From NCBI RefSeq assembly GCF_009914755.1, contig NC_060930.1: DNA of 64,000 bases; one strand, written 5' to 3'. Origin of the DNA: the human T2T-CHM13v2.0 reference genome, Homo sapiens. Shown here in pieces: positions 1 to 15,500 of the stretch (the stretch's first letter is position 1; each line of letters begins with the position of its first letter). The notes under the pieces are model-generated. The model made no database searches. It was not told the DNA's origin and worked only from the letters and a program-made list of their open reading frames with translations. Both the position numbers and the translations under genes were made by a program.

Positions 1-622
1 TTAAGAAGCATGAGTAAAATGGGATTTTAATTACTTTATTAAAGGTAATAAATATGTCTATGCCCTTGAGATCATATAAAAATAGCTTAAAATCATTGGC
101 CATAGTTATATTTTCCACGAGCTGAGTTTTAAAATATGTATAAAGTCTGTGGTAAATTAAGAGAGATTTCAGCCTACTAACAATTCCTAAACCATTCTAA
201 ATGGGTCAGGAATTCAACTGGGATATCTATGATTTTTTTGTTTCTTCTTATTTCCTGATAATGCCATATGTTTTATAATTTAGCATCTTATTAAGGAGGT
301 GAGAGCCTTAAAACTTTTAAAGTCAATTCCTGTTTTTAACTATTAAAAATAATTTTTAGTGGAGAGTTTGCTTATTATTATTTTGACACAATGCCTGCAT
401 TCATTTTAAGATTTAGGGGATTACTGAGCTATTCTTTTACATATCTCCAGCATATCATGCAGCATCTGGAACAGAGAAGACATTTTCATTTATGTTTATT
501 AAATAACCAAAACATACATATGAATTAACAAATAAACTATATATAAAGGCAATAGTTAGGGCTTTCTTTTAGCATTTCCTTTTGTCTTTAAACTAGTCTC
601 TTTTATAGAAACTACTCATTAC

Positions 623-929
<307 letters not shown>

Positions 930-1129
930 TCATTACAGTAGTTTACTTGCCGTAAGAATCACATCAAACATTAAACCTTTCCACCTTCATTTTCCTAACA
1001 CCTCTTTGACTTGGGGAAGGATAAATGACTCTTTACCTGCAGGGTGAACCAGCTACATACCCCGAGGCACTGACCCGGACTCAGTCTAGCACAATCAGAA
1101 CCCCATCCAACCAGCCTAATATGTCATGT

Positions 1130-1310
1130 AAAGGGCACGGTCTGACTTCTGAGAGAGGTGGATCTCAATCTCATCGCTGCTGCTTCTTAATCCCTTTGAG
1201 CCTCAATTTCTTTTTGTATATAAAGGGAACAATAGTGATTTTGTTGAGATGAGGTATGCAAAGTCCCTGGCATGCAGTGAGCACTCAGCAATAAGTGCTA
1301 TTTATTGGGC
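1130..1310 (+). mobile_element. MIR fragment
   Basis: Core ctttgagcctcaatttc...taaagggaacaatagt and 3' part gcactcagcaataag. Confidence 0.7.
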
Positions 1311-1404
1311 CAGGATTCCAACTAGTTTCATAAAAATAGCAGGAAAGTCCAGTGGAAAGCCCACTTGATGGTAGGGGAGGCTTCTACCCACCAACTAATT
1401 CCAT

Positions 1405-1570
1405 GTTTCTCAACCCTGCACTGAACGTCAAAATCACCTGGGGAACTTTTGAAAAATTATGATGCCTGGTCCCAACCCCATGGAGCCTGGCTTAAATGGG
1501 GACAAGATAGCTATAGATTTTTAAAGTTTCTCCAGGGGATTCTAATGACCACCCAGGGTGGAAAAGCATG
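1405..1570. mobile_element. MER5-type hAT-Charlie MITE
   Basis: ttctcaaccctg...aatcacctgggga...tctccaggggattctaatg. Confidence 0.8.
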
Positions 1571-1784
1571 GAGCTAACGGGGTGCAGGACCAGTGTCCTC
1601 ATAGGAAGTCAAAGGTTTGGTGGTAAACAACCACTGAAGCACATTTTCAAGGTAAGATCCATTGGAATGTATATTCCTGTCCTTAAACTCAAACTAGTTT
1701 AAAGTGATGGGTATCTTTTAATAAGACCTTCAGCGCTGGTTCTAGAGCTGCCTGTTCCCATACTATGTGTCTAATCAGCAGCCA

Positions 1785-2070
1785 TATATTCATTTAAGTA
1801 CAAAATTTGTCGAACACATCCTATATGCTAGGAACTGTGCTATTCTTCTGGGGTCCAGAACTGAGGGTGACACGGTCTTTGCTGTCATTTCCGGTCTAGT
1901 GAAGGAGATAGAGGAGAGTGACAGTTCTATGTGACAGACAGCAGGAGAGGGATAACTAAAACAGGCTCAGGAGGGAGAGGGCATGACAGCACATCCAGAG
2001 AAGGTGATGACAAGGAATTAACCAGGCAGAGAAGAGAGGTCCAAAGACAGGATTTTGGTGGCTTGAGTGA
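1785..2070 (-). mobile_element. L2 3' fragment
   Basis: attcatt...catcctatatgctaggaactgtgcta...acacggtctttgc resembles reverse complement of the L2 3' end. Confidence 0.65.
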
Positions 2071-2899
2071 GGAGTATTTGCCAGTTTCATGTAACAACCA
2101 TAAATTCATATTGCTTTATATTTAACTTATCAGTTTAAGTCAGTGGGCACCTTTTATACATTTAAGATGATATTAGGATAGTAGGGGCTTAGAATATTCC
2201 TACGTGGCAACATCTCATTAATTAAATTTCCTGGGATGTATGTGTGACAGTGTCCCAACATAGCATAGTAAAGAGGTTGAATGAATAACTTTTAGTATTG
2301 CTTCTAACTATTTTAAAGTTCTAGAACAGAAGTGGAATGGTTTTGCAAGTTGCCTTTCTCTCACTTTATTTCTGCTTTTCTATTTATGTAATAGACTAAT
2401 TAAGGCACATTTTGTGTGTCTGTCATTGTCTATATATGAGATAGTCAGATTCATGGAAATGTCACTTGTGGTCTGAGTGTAAAATGAAATCTCTGGTAGT
2501 TGGCCTATTGACAGCTCTGGTTTTCACCAGTTAGAATGACTTAAAAATATATTACTTCTTATGCTCAGTGGCATTCGACTATAGAATTACTGCAATCTAG
2601 GGATTTGGGAGGGATATCAAAACATTTCAGAATTGATACTTGGCTTACAATACATATAAATTATGTGTTTCTATTTTCTCATTTCCTATGATCATAGAGC
2701 TAGAGTGCTCAAGGGGTCAGCCTTTTCTCCCTCCAAAAACCTCATGTTTAAAGATGCTTTCAGAGCTTTCAATGAAAAGTGCTCTTGATAATAAACTAAA
2801 ATATTTCCTTCTCTCAGATCATCTGTATGTTTTTAGCTTTGAGAACTAAAAAGCACTATTCAATGCAGAGTATGAAATCAGTCAGTATTCTCTCCTTTA

Positions 2900-3350
2900 A
2901 AATCCAAAATTAACTAAAAATAAATAAATACATAAAAGGAGAATTTTTTGGCTCTAGGGATAGTACTAGCTCAGGCAAGGATGAACACAGACCCTTAAGT
3001 GTCATCATGACCCTTTCTATGTGTCTCCATCTCTTGGTTCTGTTGTCTTCGTTTTCTAGCAGGATCTTTCTACACAGAGGAAACTGAATACACTTCATGA
3101 CCTTTGAATGGGAAACCCACTCTCAGTGAAGCTTTCCAGTCCCCCAAAAGAACTCCAATTGGCTCTGGTTGGGTCACGTGTCCACTCTGGATCAATGATT
3201 ACATTTAGAGAAATTAGGCTTTCTGATTGACACTTGGCTCGACCACTGTGATTGGACAGCACACTTGAAGGATGGACCCATCAGAACCACATGAAGAGGC
3301 ACAGAGTAGTTCCCTGAGAAAGGAATTGAGGCAGATAAACTAAGAGTTGG
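2900..3350. mobile_element. Old MaLR solo LTR (MLT1J/K-like)
   Basis: attggctctggttgggtcacgtgtccactctggatcaat and tctgattg motifs typical of old MLT1. Confidence 0.6.
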
Positions 3351-4399
3351 CCAATACTGGTAATCATGTTATTATAAGGTTTCTCTATTTCCTCCTTCAA
3401 ATTTTTAATATTTCCACTAGATAAAAATGAAGATCTAATTTAAAATATTAACTAGATTCTATAGTTGGCATTTCCTCTTTTTAAAGTCCTTTCAGCTACT
3501 GACATATTTCCCTTCAATGAACAATTGGCTTTTTCCGTTACATTACAAAATTCTCTTTGGTTAGTCAACTGTCTGGGCAACTCTTAGAAGCTCATATTAC
3601 TAGTGCATCAGAAAAATAATTATAGTTTAAAGTAGAAATAAGTTAACCAAACCTAATCAGCTTGAGGTTTTTATTTCTCCAGAGAACCAGATAAGGGAAG
3701 AAGGAGAGAAGTTTGAAAATCATGAGCAATTTCACTTATGTGCTCTCCACTATATAAGACTTCTATGAATAGTTGCTAGTGTCTTTTATTTCTATGTAGT
3801 TATTGCAATTTGAAAGCATTCATTTCCACTCAAGGAGCCTCTAACAAGGTAGAACTACTTGTGGAGGTCATTTTGATCTAAGGTTGGTCCTCAGTTTTGA
3901 AGATCTAGAAATTTCATTAATTTTTCCCCAGTACATTCAAACATGATCACTGTCTCCAAATCAGCCTGGTACCAAATTCACAGAAGGAACCTGGACATCT
4001 TTCTTGAAGAAGAAGGAGTGGGTACTAATTCAGGATATTAGAAGAGTAGAACCATAGTCTAGGTTGGAGTTTGTGAGGGCCTCTATACACCAGAGGCAAA
4101 GGGGTTAAATAAGAGAGGATGAGAGTGGAAGGTGTTAAGAAGATAGAATTGGGATGGCTTGGTCACTATTAAAGTTTGTGAGCTTTCAAGAAAGATGTCC
4201 AGGTTCCTTCCATGAGTTTTGTTCTACCTTGTTAGAGGCTCCTTGAGGCCTTTTCTTACGATGCAGAGTGGTAGTATAATGGAACATCAATGTCATGTTT
4301 TAATTATTATTTCACAATATAAAAAGACAACCTGTGTGTCCATCTATGTGATTCTTGAATAATTCCCACAAAATCTCCAGCTTAGCCTATGTAGCTGTG

Positions 4400-4640
4400 A
4401 GACATTCACCAACTAACTCAAGAGACAGCTTATTCTTTTTTTGAACAGTTGACATTTAGGGATGTTCTTCTTTATATTGATCTAATATCTATCTCACTAT
4501 GCCTTCCATCCATCAACCAAGAATCGCACCTGGGCCTGGTAGAACAAGCCCAAATCCTTTCTCATAGGACAACCCTTCAAATTCTTCAAGATCGTTATCG
4601 AGTTCCCCTTCATCTTTGCTTCTCCAGACCAAACTTTTCC
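4400..4640 (-). mobile_element. L3/CR1 fragment
   Basis: gttcttctttatattga...gacaacccttcaaattcttcaaga...ttctccagaccaaac. Confidence 0.55.
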
Positions 4641-4749
4641 TGTTTTACTTTATGTGTTTATGTAAAGAAAATAAACCGAAATTAAAAATAGAATTGGACA
4701 ATAATATGGAGACTGCCTATTATAGATGAAGCAGTGAGCTCAGTCCCAG

Positions 4750-5500
4750 GGATAAATAGGATGGAAAGCTTGGTGGCTGTCCCTAACGCATTCACAGTCT
4801 AGTGAAGAAGCCAGTGCATACGTGGAAAGAATAATAAAATGTGCTAAGTGCAGTTGCAGAGATTTAAAAAAATAAAAGGGTGCTGTGCAAATATGATGGA
4901 GGAGACAATTCTGCCTGCAGCAGTCAAGGAATGTCTGGCAAAGGAGGTGAAGTGTGAGCTGAATCTTGAAAGGCAGATAAGAATGGGGCAGGTGACTATG
5001 GCATGGAGCTGGGTGGGGAAGTGGGGCCAGCCTCTGTGTGGTCCTCCACAAAGAGGGAGCACAGGCACATGCAAAGGTTAAGAACAGTGTGCTCATGGAA
5101 CTGCAGGTCAGCCGGGTGCTGGATGCCCAAGCGGTAGGAGGAACAGGAGGAAGGAGATGACCCATGGCAGGCAGGAAGCCGCACATCTCCTTGTAGGTCC
5201 TTGTAGGTTTGCTTGACAACATGAGAACCGCTTTCCTGCTAGCCATAAAGAACCACTGGATGATTTTAAGCCTAGAAATGATACCGTCAAATTTCAATTT
5301 AGCAAAATGCATCAGGTGGCTGCATAGAGAGAAGAAGATGGCATGAGGAGACGGCGGGGGGAAACAGAAATGATCAGTGCATAGCAGTACTTAGGCAATG
5401 GAGGTGGAGAGGCAAGGTGAGGACCCACATTGTCACAGAGGTGAAGTCTCCAGGACTCCTCAGTACTTGAGTGGATGTGAGTGAAACAAATGGTCAGGAA
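4750..5500 (-). mobile_element. L2 fragment
   Basis: ggaggtgaagtgtgagctgaatcttgaaagg and aaccactggatgattttaagc are L2 hallmarks; the 190-aa ORF lies within it. Confidence 0.8.
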
Positions 5501-7029
5501 GATTAAAAACAAAATTTTTTTTCTTAAAGACTCCAACTTTTTCAGTCATTTCATGTCATACTCTTGCCCATCTCCCCACCATTTGGTTACATATTGATGG
5601 AAACTAGTGACCCTTCTCCCACAATTTCACTGCAACCTATTCTTCCTTGTGGTGCAGTGATCTTGCAATAATAACGATGTCACTATTTACATTGTGGTGC
5701 CGTCTTAAACTGCAATTAATTCACAGTTCCAGGCTATTAGGAACTATTGTCATAACAGCTATGGCTTCCTTTATCTGCAAATGCTGAGTTGTGAGATGTA
5801 TAATTATATGCGGGAGTAATTGGTTTTAAATTTATTTTTGTAATTACACTAATTGAACATGGATGTGAATTTAAAAATATGAAGGGCATGGCATCGAGCC
5901 GGATGCGGTGTCTTCATAAGAGGTAGATGAAAGAAATGATTGTTATGAGTAGGTGAAAACAACCTTGCTCATTTGTAAAAGTGCAGTGTAAATACAATGA
6001 CCCATGTATCCCCTCCAGGTTGAATGCCAGTGTAGTACAGTTGCCAAGTGGAGTCTTCATGAGAGTTCATTTGAAACTGGACCAATGCCTAAATCAAGGG
6101 GAGAGCATCCTGGCTGCTGCTGTGACTTAAGATCGGCAGCATTCCCTTGGACCTCCCCCATGAATATTTGAAATTTCCCTAGAAGACATGCCCAGTAGCG
6201 TCTAAGCTCACCACTCTTGCATACCCAGGGCTTACGATTCCCACTATTCTTCAACTTCTAACAAACAACCATTGGTGATCTCTCCAAGCCCCACATTCGA
6301 AGATCCCAGTTGCCTTCAGTATCTGTCCAGCCCTGCCCTGGCAAACTCCGCAGCCTTCGCCTGGTGGTGGCAGTGAGTTCTAGAGAACAGAGCTGCTTAA
6401 TCTCCCTTGGCTCAGCTCCTTTATATGAGCCCATCTGCTCTTCAATTCTGTGTAGATCAGAGCCAAGTCCAGGCTTTGTATAAAACACCTGGGGCCCCAG
6501 ACCAGCCAAGAGGGAGGAGTAGGCAGGTTTTCTGCTGCACATCTTCCTAGACGAGCTCTACTGTATAAGCTGATAGACCAAGGATTATATCAGGCCCTTT
6601 AGTGTATCTATCAGCAGCAATGTGCCATAACCACTGAAACTCTAATAATGGCCCCCCAGGATGCATTTGTCTCCCACTTGCCAGTTCATGTCTTATAAAA
6701 CCTTAGGTGTCTAGTGATAGGTGTCCAAGCATAATCGTAGGAGGATACCAGGCCAATGAGAATTGGCAGACTCATGCACTAACAAAATGCATATAGTACT
6801 TGTTTTGAAAAATAGGAAAAGAAAATCTGCTTGATCAAATTCTTTTTTTCTCTAGGAAAATGTATTGCTAAGAAAAACAAACAGGCTTTACCAAGTGAAA
6901 ATAAATACCTTCAACTTTTTCCTCTTTAAGTAAATTAGGAAACAGTAACCAAGGATCCAGTTGCAGCTTTGTTCATCAGCACCATGAGCACGTACATATT
7001 ATTATTGACAGAAGTCCCCTTTTGTCAGT

Positions 7030-7190
7030 AATAGCCGCCGTCTACTGGATGCCCACTATGAGCAGGCCATTCTCTAATCTTCCACATAGTCATGAAGATG
7101 GGCATTTTCCCATTTTGCAGATGAGAAAACTAAGGTGCAAAGACAGGTTAAGTGGCAAAGCCTGGATCTGAATCAGATCTGGCTGGCTCT
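7030..7190 (-). mobile_element. MIR fragment
   Basis: cccattttgcagatgagaaaactaagg core. Confidence 0.75.
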
Positions 7191-8296
7191 GCTGCACTAT
7201 GGCAGTTCAGCAAGTGAGTCTCTGGGAACCTTAGAGATGGGAAGATGGGACATGTACACATAGAACTGTGGCGCATGGTGTCATGTGGCAGGCATCCCAA
7301 GGGTGGCAAAGTGGCATAGGAGCTCAGAGGGAAACACCATTTCTGACTGGCATGAAAGCTCAGTTTGGCTGGCAAAGGGGCTGCATGGAGATGGTGAGGA
7401 ACAGTCCCCAAGGTGTCCAATCACAACCTCACAAACAGTTTGCAAGCCAATCCCCTACAACACTTAACAAAGCTGTGCAAAACTGGTGCTCAGGAAATCC
7501 CTGTTGACTTAGAAGGCTCACTACCTTTCATTTCCTGACTTCCCATGTTGTGGATTCTGCCTAGCCATAGATCTCATGGCCATATGTGATTTCCAAACTC
7601 TTTGTAGGTTCGTTTCAATTTTCTGTGTTTCTTCTAGTTTCTGCAGAAATCGACATTGGGGGCTTTGTGTTTCAGAAATCAACATTGGGGCTTTGTGTCT
7701 TCCAAAAAAAAAGAAAGAAAGAGAATTAGAATATATATCACACCATATCTTACTTTGGAAAAGAATCCCCAGAGGAAAATACACTTTTAAAAATATTGCA
7801 TATCCTTTATCTTAGCTGGTGAGAAAGTCTAGCTTTTCTGTGAACTTGCCAGAGAGCTGGTAAGTAAAAACAATTTCTGAATAAAATGCTTGCAATACTG
7901 AGGTGTCTGCTAGAGGGCAACATATGTTAAATAATAATGTGGCTGTTTTTCTGCAGGATGGCACAAAGATTATCTAGTTCAAAAGCAAAGTCCAGAGCCT
8001 ATGATACTCAAATGATTTTTTGTTTAAAAAAAAAATCCAGGGTGACCGCTGGCGTCTCAGCTGAAAACCAGCAGCCTTTGCAGTTTTGCTGTCTTTCAGG
8101 GGGTTTATAATGGATACATTTATAAGTGCCTTTGTACCCTTTCCAAAGAGCTTTACAAAATAATCTCATTGTCATTTAAAGTAGCTAAGTCTTCTCCACC
8201 ACCAACTGTGAAATCCTCTCCAGAAAGCTCTATTAACTTTATTACCTGAAAACAAACCAATCAAAGAGGAAGGTGAAAGGAAAATACATCATTTAG

Positions 8297-8691
<395 letters not shown>

Positions 8692-9028
8692 TAGGCCCCC
8701 AGGGGACCCTATTTGTAACACTAATCAGAGGGCCTATGTTGGTAATTTTTTCCATTATCTGTGGTGCCCACATCATGTTATCCAAAGAGAGACTCCGTTG
8801 TCCAGTTTTGAAAAGGTTTTTCTGGCTGGTAATTTTAGTGCATACCTCTAAAGTGAAGCTATGCTTGGTATAAAAGTAAACATGCAAGGGATGTAGATGT
8901 TACTCACGTTGGGCCTGTTTCCCCCATGCCTTCCACTCCCCCACCCTGATAGCATACCTTTGCTGAGGAATAGGTTTGTTTCATCCTCATTTATCTAAGA
9001 AATGAAGGTTCTAAAAAATTGGCTTGTA

Positions 9029-9330
<302 letters not shown>

Positions 9331-10270
9331 CCTGGCTTTTAAAGCCATCATAAATATATTTTGTAGGAGGGATTTGTCATGCCTGAAAAAGCTTCATACC
9401 TGTTCCCCTATCTCCCAGCATGCATACTTTAGCAATATCCGATCAGAAACCAAGTTTCCTACAGAAAAACCCAAGGTAGACATACAACCAAAACATTTTA
9501 AATTGTTCCCATCTGATAAAAGCACAAAGGATGATGTCTCCTTGGAAAGAGATCATGCAGAATATGGAACAGCACTGGCTCCAGAGGTCATCAGGTGACT
9601 AGCCTGTGAGGCTAGGCTGTCAGGCAAATTGGCCGTGAGCTCTCACTGTGTCCCAAGAGCACTTAAAATGTCAAAACCTTCACTCAAATTTTAGCACACA
9701 AAGTCCCACGACCCCGTTGCTGCAAATCCAAAGAGCCATATGACAGTTAGGCACTGGGCAACCTTGAACTTGGTAGGACTGATTAAACGCTAACAGCTTC
9801 CATCTGAGACCATGTCTCCCCAGGAAATGTCCGAATGGATAAAACTGTTCTCAAATCATATAGGGGCTCCCAGCTGACTCCAGAGGCCCACCCTGCATGC
9901 TCTCTAGTACGAGAGAACTCCTTAGAGGTGGGATGATTTTTCTGGTATCCTTATCAAACTCCAGCTCTGGAGTAGCATAATGCATCGCACATTTATCTCA
10001 GCCCCTCTCAAAATCAGAGAGGATCTCAGGGCCTCAAATCCTGAGAGGTCTGATGATTTTTGTGGCCCAGAATCATCAGCAGCTGAGCTGCAAACCTTTG
10101 GGCATGTTTCATGATGAAGAAGAGGAAGCGATATCCCAGGTGTTCCTGAATAACAAACACGTCACTGTTCACAAACAGGAGGTGGTCACAGAGGTGACCT
10201 GTTTACACCCTACTCATTTTTGACACTTTTGAAGATGTTGTTTCTGGGAACAACCTGAAGCAGACTCTGA

Positions 10271-10653
<383 letters not shown>

Positions 10654-10659
10654 CAGAGG

Positions 10660-11028
10660 CAACTTCTTCTTCCAGCTTCTGCTAGGTCTCCTCCTACCTC
10701 TGAGTCTGCTCCTTCTCACCTCTTTTGCTGGCTCCTTCACTCTGCCTAGTCCTTAAACTTGGGGAATCCTAAGGATTCCATTCTTGACCTCGCTTAGCTC
10801 TGAAACTGTATGTCCGCACTTCACTTCAGCTACTATAGATGCGCTGAAGACATCTGTATCACCAACCTGAGTTCTACATTCTTGCCCTAATCACTTATTT
10901 GATTTCTCCGCCTGGAGGTCCTACACACACCTTAAATGTAGCAATTGCAAATATGAATTCATTCTCTTTACCACCAAAAGATTTTCCTCCTTCTCAGTCT
11001 CAATAAGGACCACCATCCACTCAGTTGC
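10660..11028 (+). mobile_element. L2 fragment (resumes after 12045)
   Basis: ctcctcctacctct...ccttctcacctcttttgctggctcc...caccatccactcagttgc. Confidence 0.7.
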
Positions 11029-12044
<1,016 letters not shown>

Positions 12045-12995
12045 GTTGCCCAAACTAAACTCCTTCCTACTCACTCCTCATAGTTAGTTGCCAAATCTTG
12101 CTAACAACTTAGCAGATAAATGTCTCTAGAATTGAACCCATCTGCTTCGTCACCCCTACCACCTCTGAGTTAGTTCATCCTCTTCTTTGCTCTCACATGG
12201 ACTTTGGCCACAGCCTCATGACTGGTTGTCCTGCCACCAGTACATTCTCATTCCAGCCCCATACCTGCATGACTACTAGGTAGCTTCCTAAAATAACAAA
12301 ATTATCTTTATTATGCCCTTGATTGAAAACCTCTGGTACCTGATCAGCTAGTGCGAGATGTTAATACCAGGCAAAACTGTGCGTGGAGAAAAGGGTAATA
12401 CATGGGTATCTCTGTAATGCGTGGCAAAAAGGGTAATACATTGGTATCTCTGCCTGCTCAGTTTTCCATAAGCCTAAAACTGCTCCAAAAACTAGTTTAT
12501 TAACTTAAAACGAAACAAAACCACCCTCCCTCTATGACTTCCCTTTTCCAAACTCCTCATCTTCGCAGCAGGTTACTCACAATCTTCATGTCTGTGCAGC
12601 CTCATCTTTCAGTTCCCATCAGACTGAATTTCTCATACAAAACCCTGAATTTCCACAGCTCTACTTCAAACCAACTCACCGCCCTTGTGTGGAATACCCT
12701 TCCTTGCTTTTCTCCAGTGGAAAACTTCTATTTGTCCTTCAATTTCCACCTCAGATGTCAATTCTTATTAAAATCTTTCCAGCCAGCTAGTTATTTTTCT
12801 CTCTCTGCTCTCATTTTATGTCTTAAGATACAATATTTTAAATGACTTGTTTACACGTCAGGCTTTGTCAGTGTTTATACACTAGAGGGCATGGACTGTT
12901 TTTTTTTTTTTTTTTGACAATTTATCCCCAGCACCTAGTACAGAGTAGGCATTCTGTATATGTCTGTTGAATGATGAATGGATGAATGATGAAAA
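12045..12995 (+). mobile_element. L2 3' portion interrupted by an L1 fragment
   Basis: Ends tatccccagcacctagtacagagtaggca...tgttgaatgatgaatg, the canonical L2 3' end. Confidence 0.75.
12345..12515 (+). mobile_element. L1MC/MD-type 3' end fragment
   Basis: ctgctcagttttccataagcctaaaactgctccaaaaa; internal ~38-bp tandem duplication containing aaaagggtaatacat. Confidence 0.7.
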
Positions 12996-13815
12996 GAGCA
13001 CCAGCAGCCCATATGACAAATTTATTGCCATGTCTCTGCAGTTGGGAGAGCAACATCATTTAGATGGTCAGGATACCTATCTTGTAGGAGACAAAAATAG
13101 ATCAAAATTAAAATGCTAGATCTTCCAATATGTGCACCCTTAATATAAAGCATAATGTTGACACTCACTAAATTTTCATTTGCTAACTCAAAATGATTAA
13201 TAACTAATAAATCTCAGGAGAATTGGATATTTCTGGGCCCGGGCTCTTGAGTAGAATAAATTGTCAAAGTGATGAATGACTAATGTTTTTTTACTTTCAA
13301 CATATCAGCATTCAAGGATACTGTAGTGCTTCACTCATGCTCACTCAGAAATCCAAACGACTTCTAGTTGAAGGATACTATTACCTTTTTAAGGTTGGTT
13401 GTAGCAGAGGTGAGCTGTGATTATAACTGTGGCTTCCAAAGCAAGTGTGCCAGCCTCCAAGTTCAATGCTGCACTTGGATTCTTCACTTAATCTTCATAT
13501 TGGCTTAATCAATGATGTTTTCCATGGCTGGGGACAGTTTTTCAAGTTGTACACCAGTTTATGTTTTTCAGATCAGCCTCTCTATTATAGTGAGGGTGCT
13601 AATAAGTGTTGTTGAGTGAAGTTGTCACAAGACTTGTAGCATAGCCTGGATTTTTCTCTAGCCAGTTAACATCTCAGGATGGCCTTGCTTGGGATGGGGT
13701 GGAGCCTAGCTCCAGATCTTCAGTTTAGGTTGACCCTCAACAGGGATCATGCCATCTCGGAAGCATTCATGTTCATGTTGTGCTTGCTCCCTTTGGTCAA
13801 CCCCAAGTAGAGTCA

Positions 13816-14125
<310 letters not shown>

Positions 14126-15338
14126 GAACAAATGAACAAACAAAGGAAAAGCAGCTCAAACCGAGAGGTGAATATCGCCCCTCATGTCAATACTGACTCT
14201 CACTGAGTTGTACTCAGGAACTCAGAACTCGGGAATTTAGGGTGACTGGAAATTCAGGCACCACTATTCTGATTGTGCACTAAACACAGAATGCAATTCG
14301 TGTTCAATGGTAACTAAAAAGAACCACAAAAATGCTATCCTGCCTTCTATGATGTGGAGCTTTGGCACCATTCATAGTGATATGAAACAGATACAATGAC
14401 AACAGGAATGGCGTGTCACTCTTAGCTTTCATCCTGTGCTCTCCCATGCTGTGTTATTCCCAGGCAAACAAAAGCATTGCACCATGGATCACCTTTATAA
14501 GTCATTCCAGGTAACCATCCCTATAAAGAGCCACAAATATATTTCCACCAGACAGGACTTGCCTTAGGTTGAAGGCTGGCTATTTGGCCCACTCGCAAAT
14601 CTCCTTGACACTTTCCTCCTCATCTAGGAATCATCAGAGAGTTCTGGGGAAACACTAGGCTGACATTTTAAAATTTCCATTACTCTTTTTGAACAGTCTA
14701 GAGTTAATTTTTATGCTGTAGCCAATGTAATCACACACACATATCCGTATACTTCAAATTGCAAACACAATTTTGTTTTATACTTAATTGCATCTCTACC
14801 TAGTGAAAGGACTTGAGCACACATTGGCAGCGCATTTATAATCGTGTTTGTTGACATTACTTCTGTTGTCGTACATAAAATTAGCCATGTGTTGTGAGAG
14901 ATGCCATCGTTATCATTGTTTCATTAGCATGTAGAGGTTGTCTGTTCGTATTTTTAAACATTCATTAATTTGATGTGATGTCATTCTGAGCATAAAACAA
15001 TGTGTTATATGTCATAGGTGATTAAGCTCCCTAAATCTTGCCTCATCATATAAAATCACTAGCCAGTGCCTAAAACCATTGCGACACATTATAAATCTAA
15101 AGATAGAATCAAAAAGCACAATCCCAGCCAGACCCCTAGAAGTGGACCAGGTGTCTATTGGTGAAAGAGACCATTTGAATATAATTTGCACTCAAATGGA
15201 AACAACCATTCGTTCAGATCACCTGAGCTTTAACTTTGACCTTTTAGTGGTAGTCCAGGAACAAGAAAAAGTTGCGAAATTTCTTTGATTTTTAAAATGC
15301 AGTTGTTTTATAGGGCTCACCACTGGCTTTGTAAAGAC

Positions 15339-15491
15339 TTTTTATTTTTAATTTTTTTTGAAATAGAGATGGAGACGGAGTTTTGCCATGTTGCCCAGGC
15401 TGGTCTCGAACTCCTGAGCTCAAGTGATCCACTTGCCTCAGCCTCCCAAAGTCCTGGGATTACAGGCATGAGCTACTGCATGCACCCAGCC
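15339..15491 (-). mobile_element. FLAM / Alu left monomer
   Basis: Single left arm with T-rich tail, flanked by tgtaaagacttttt. Confidence 0.88.
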
Positions 15492-15500
15492 TGTAAAGAC

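Noticed and set aside
4740-5312. 190-aa minus-strand ORF
   Set aside because: Lies within a degraded L2; no recognisable domain or splice structure
10050-10150. Box C (TGATGA) and box D (CTGA) motifs suggesting a C/D snoRNA
   Set aside because: C-to-D spacing under 40 nt for the best pairs and no terminal stem
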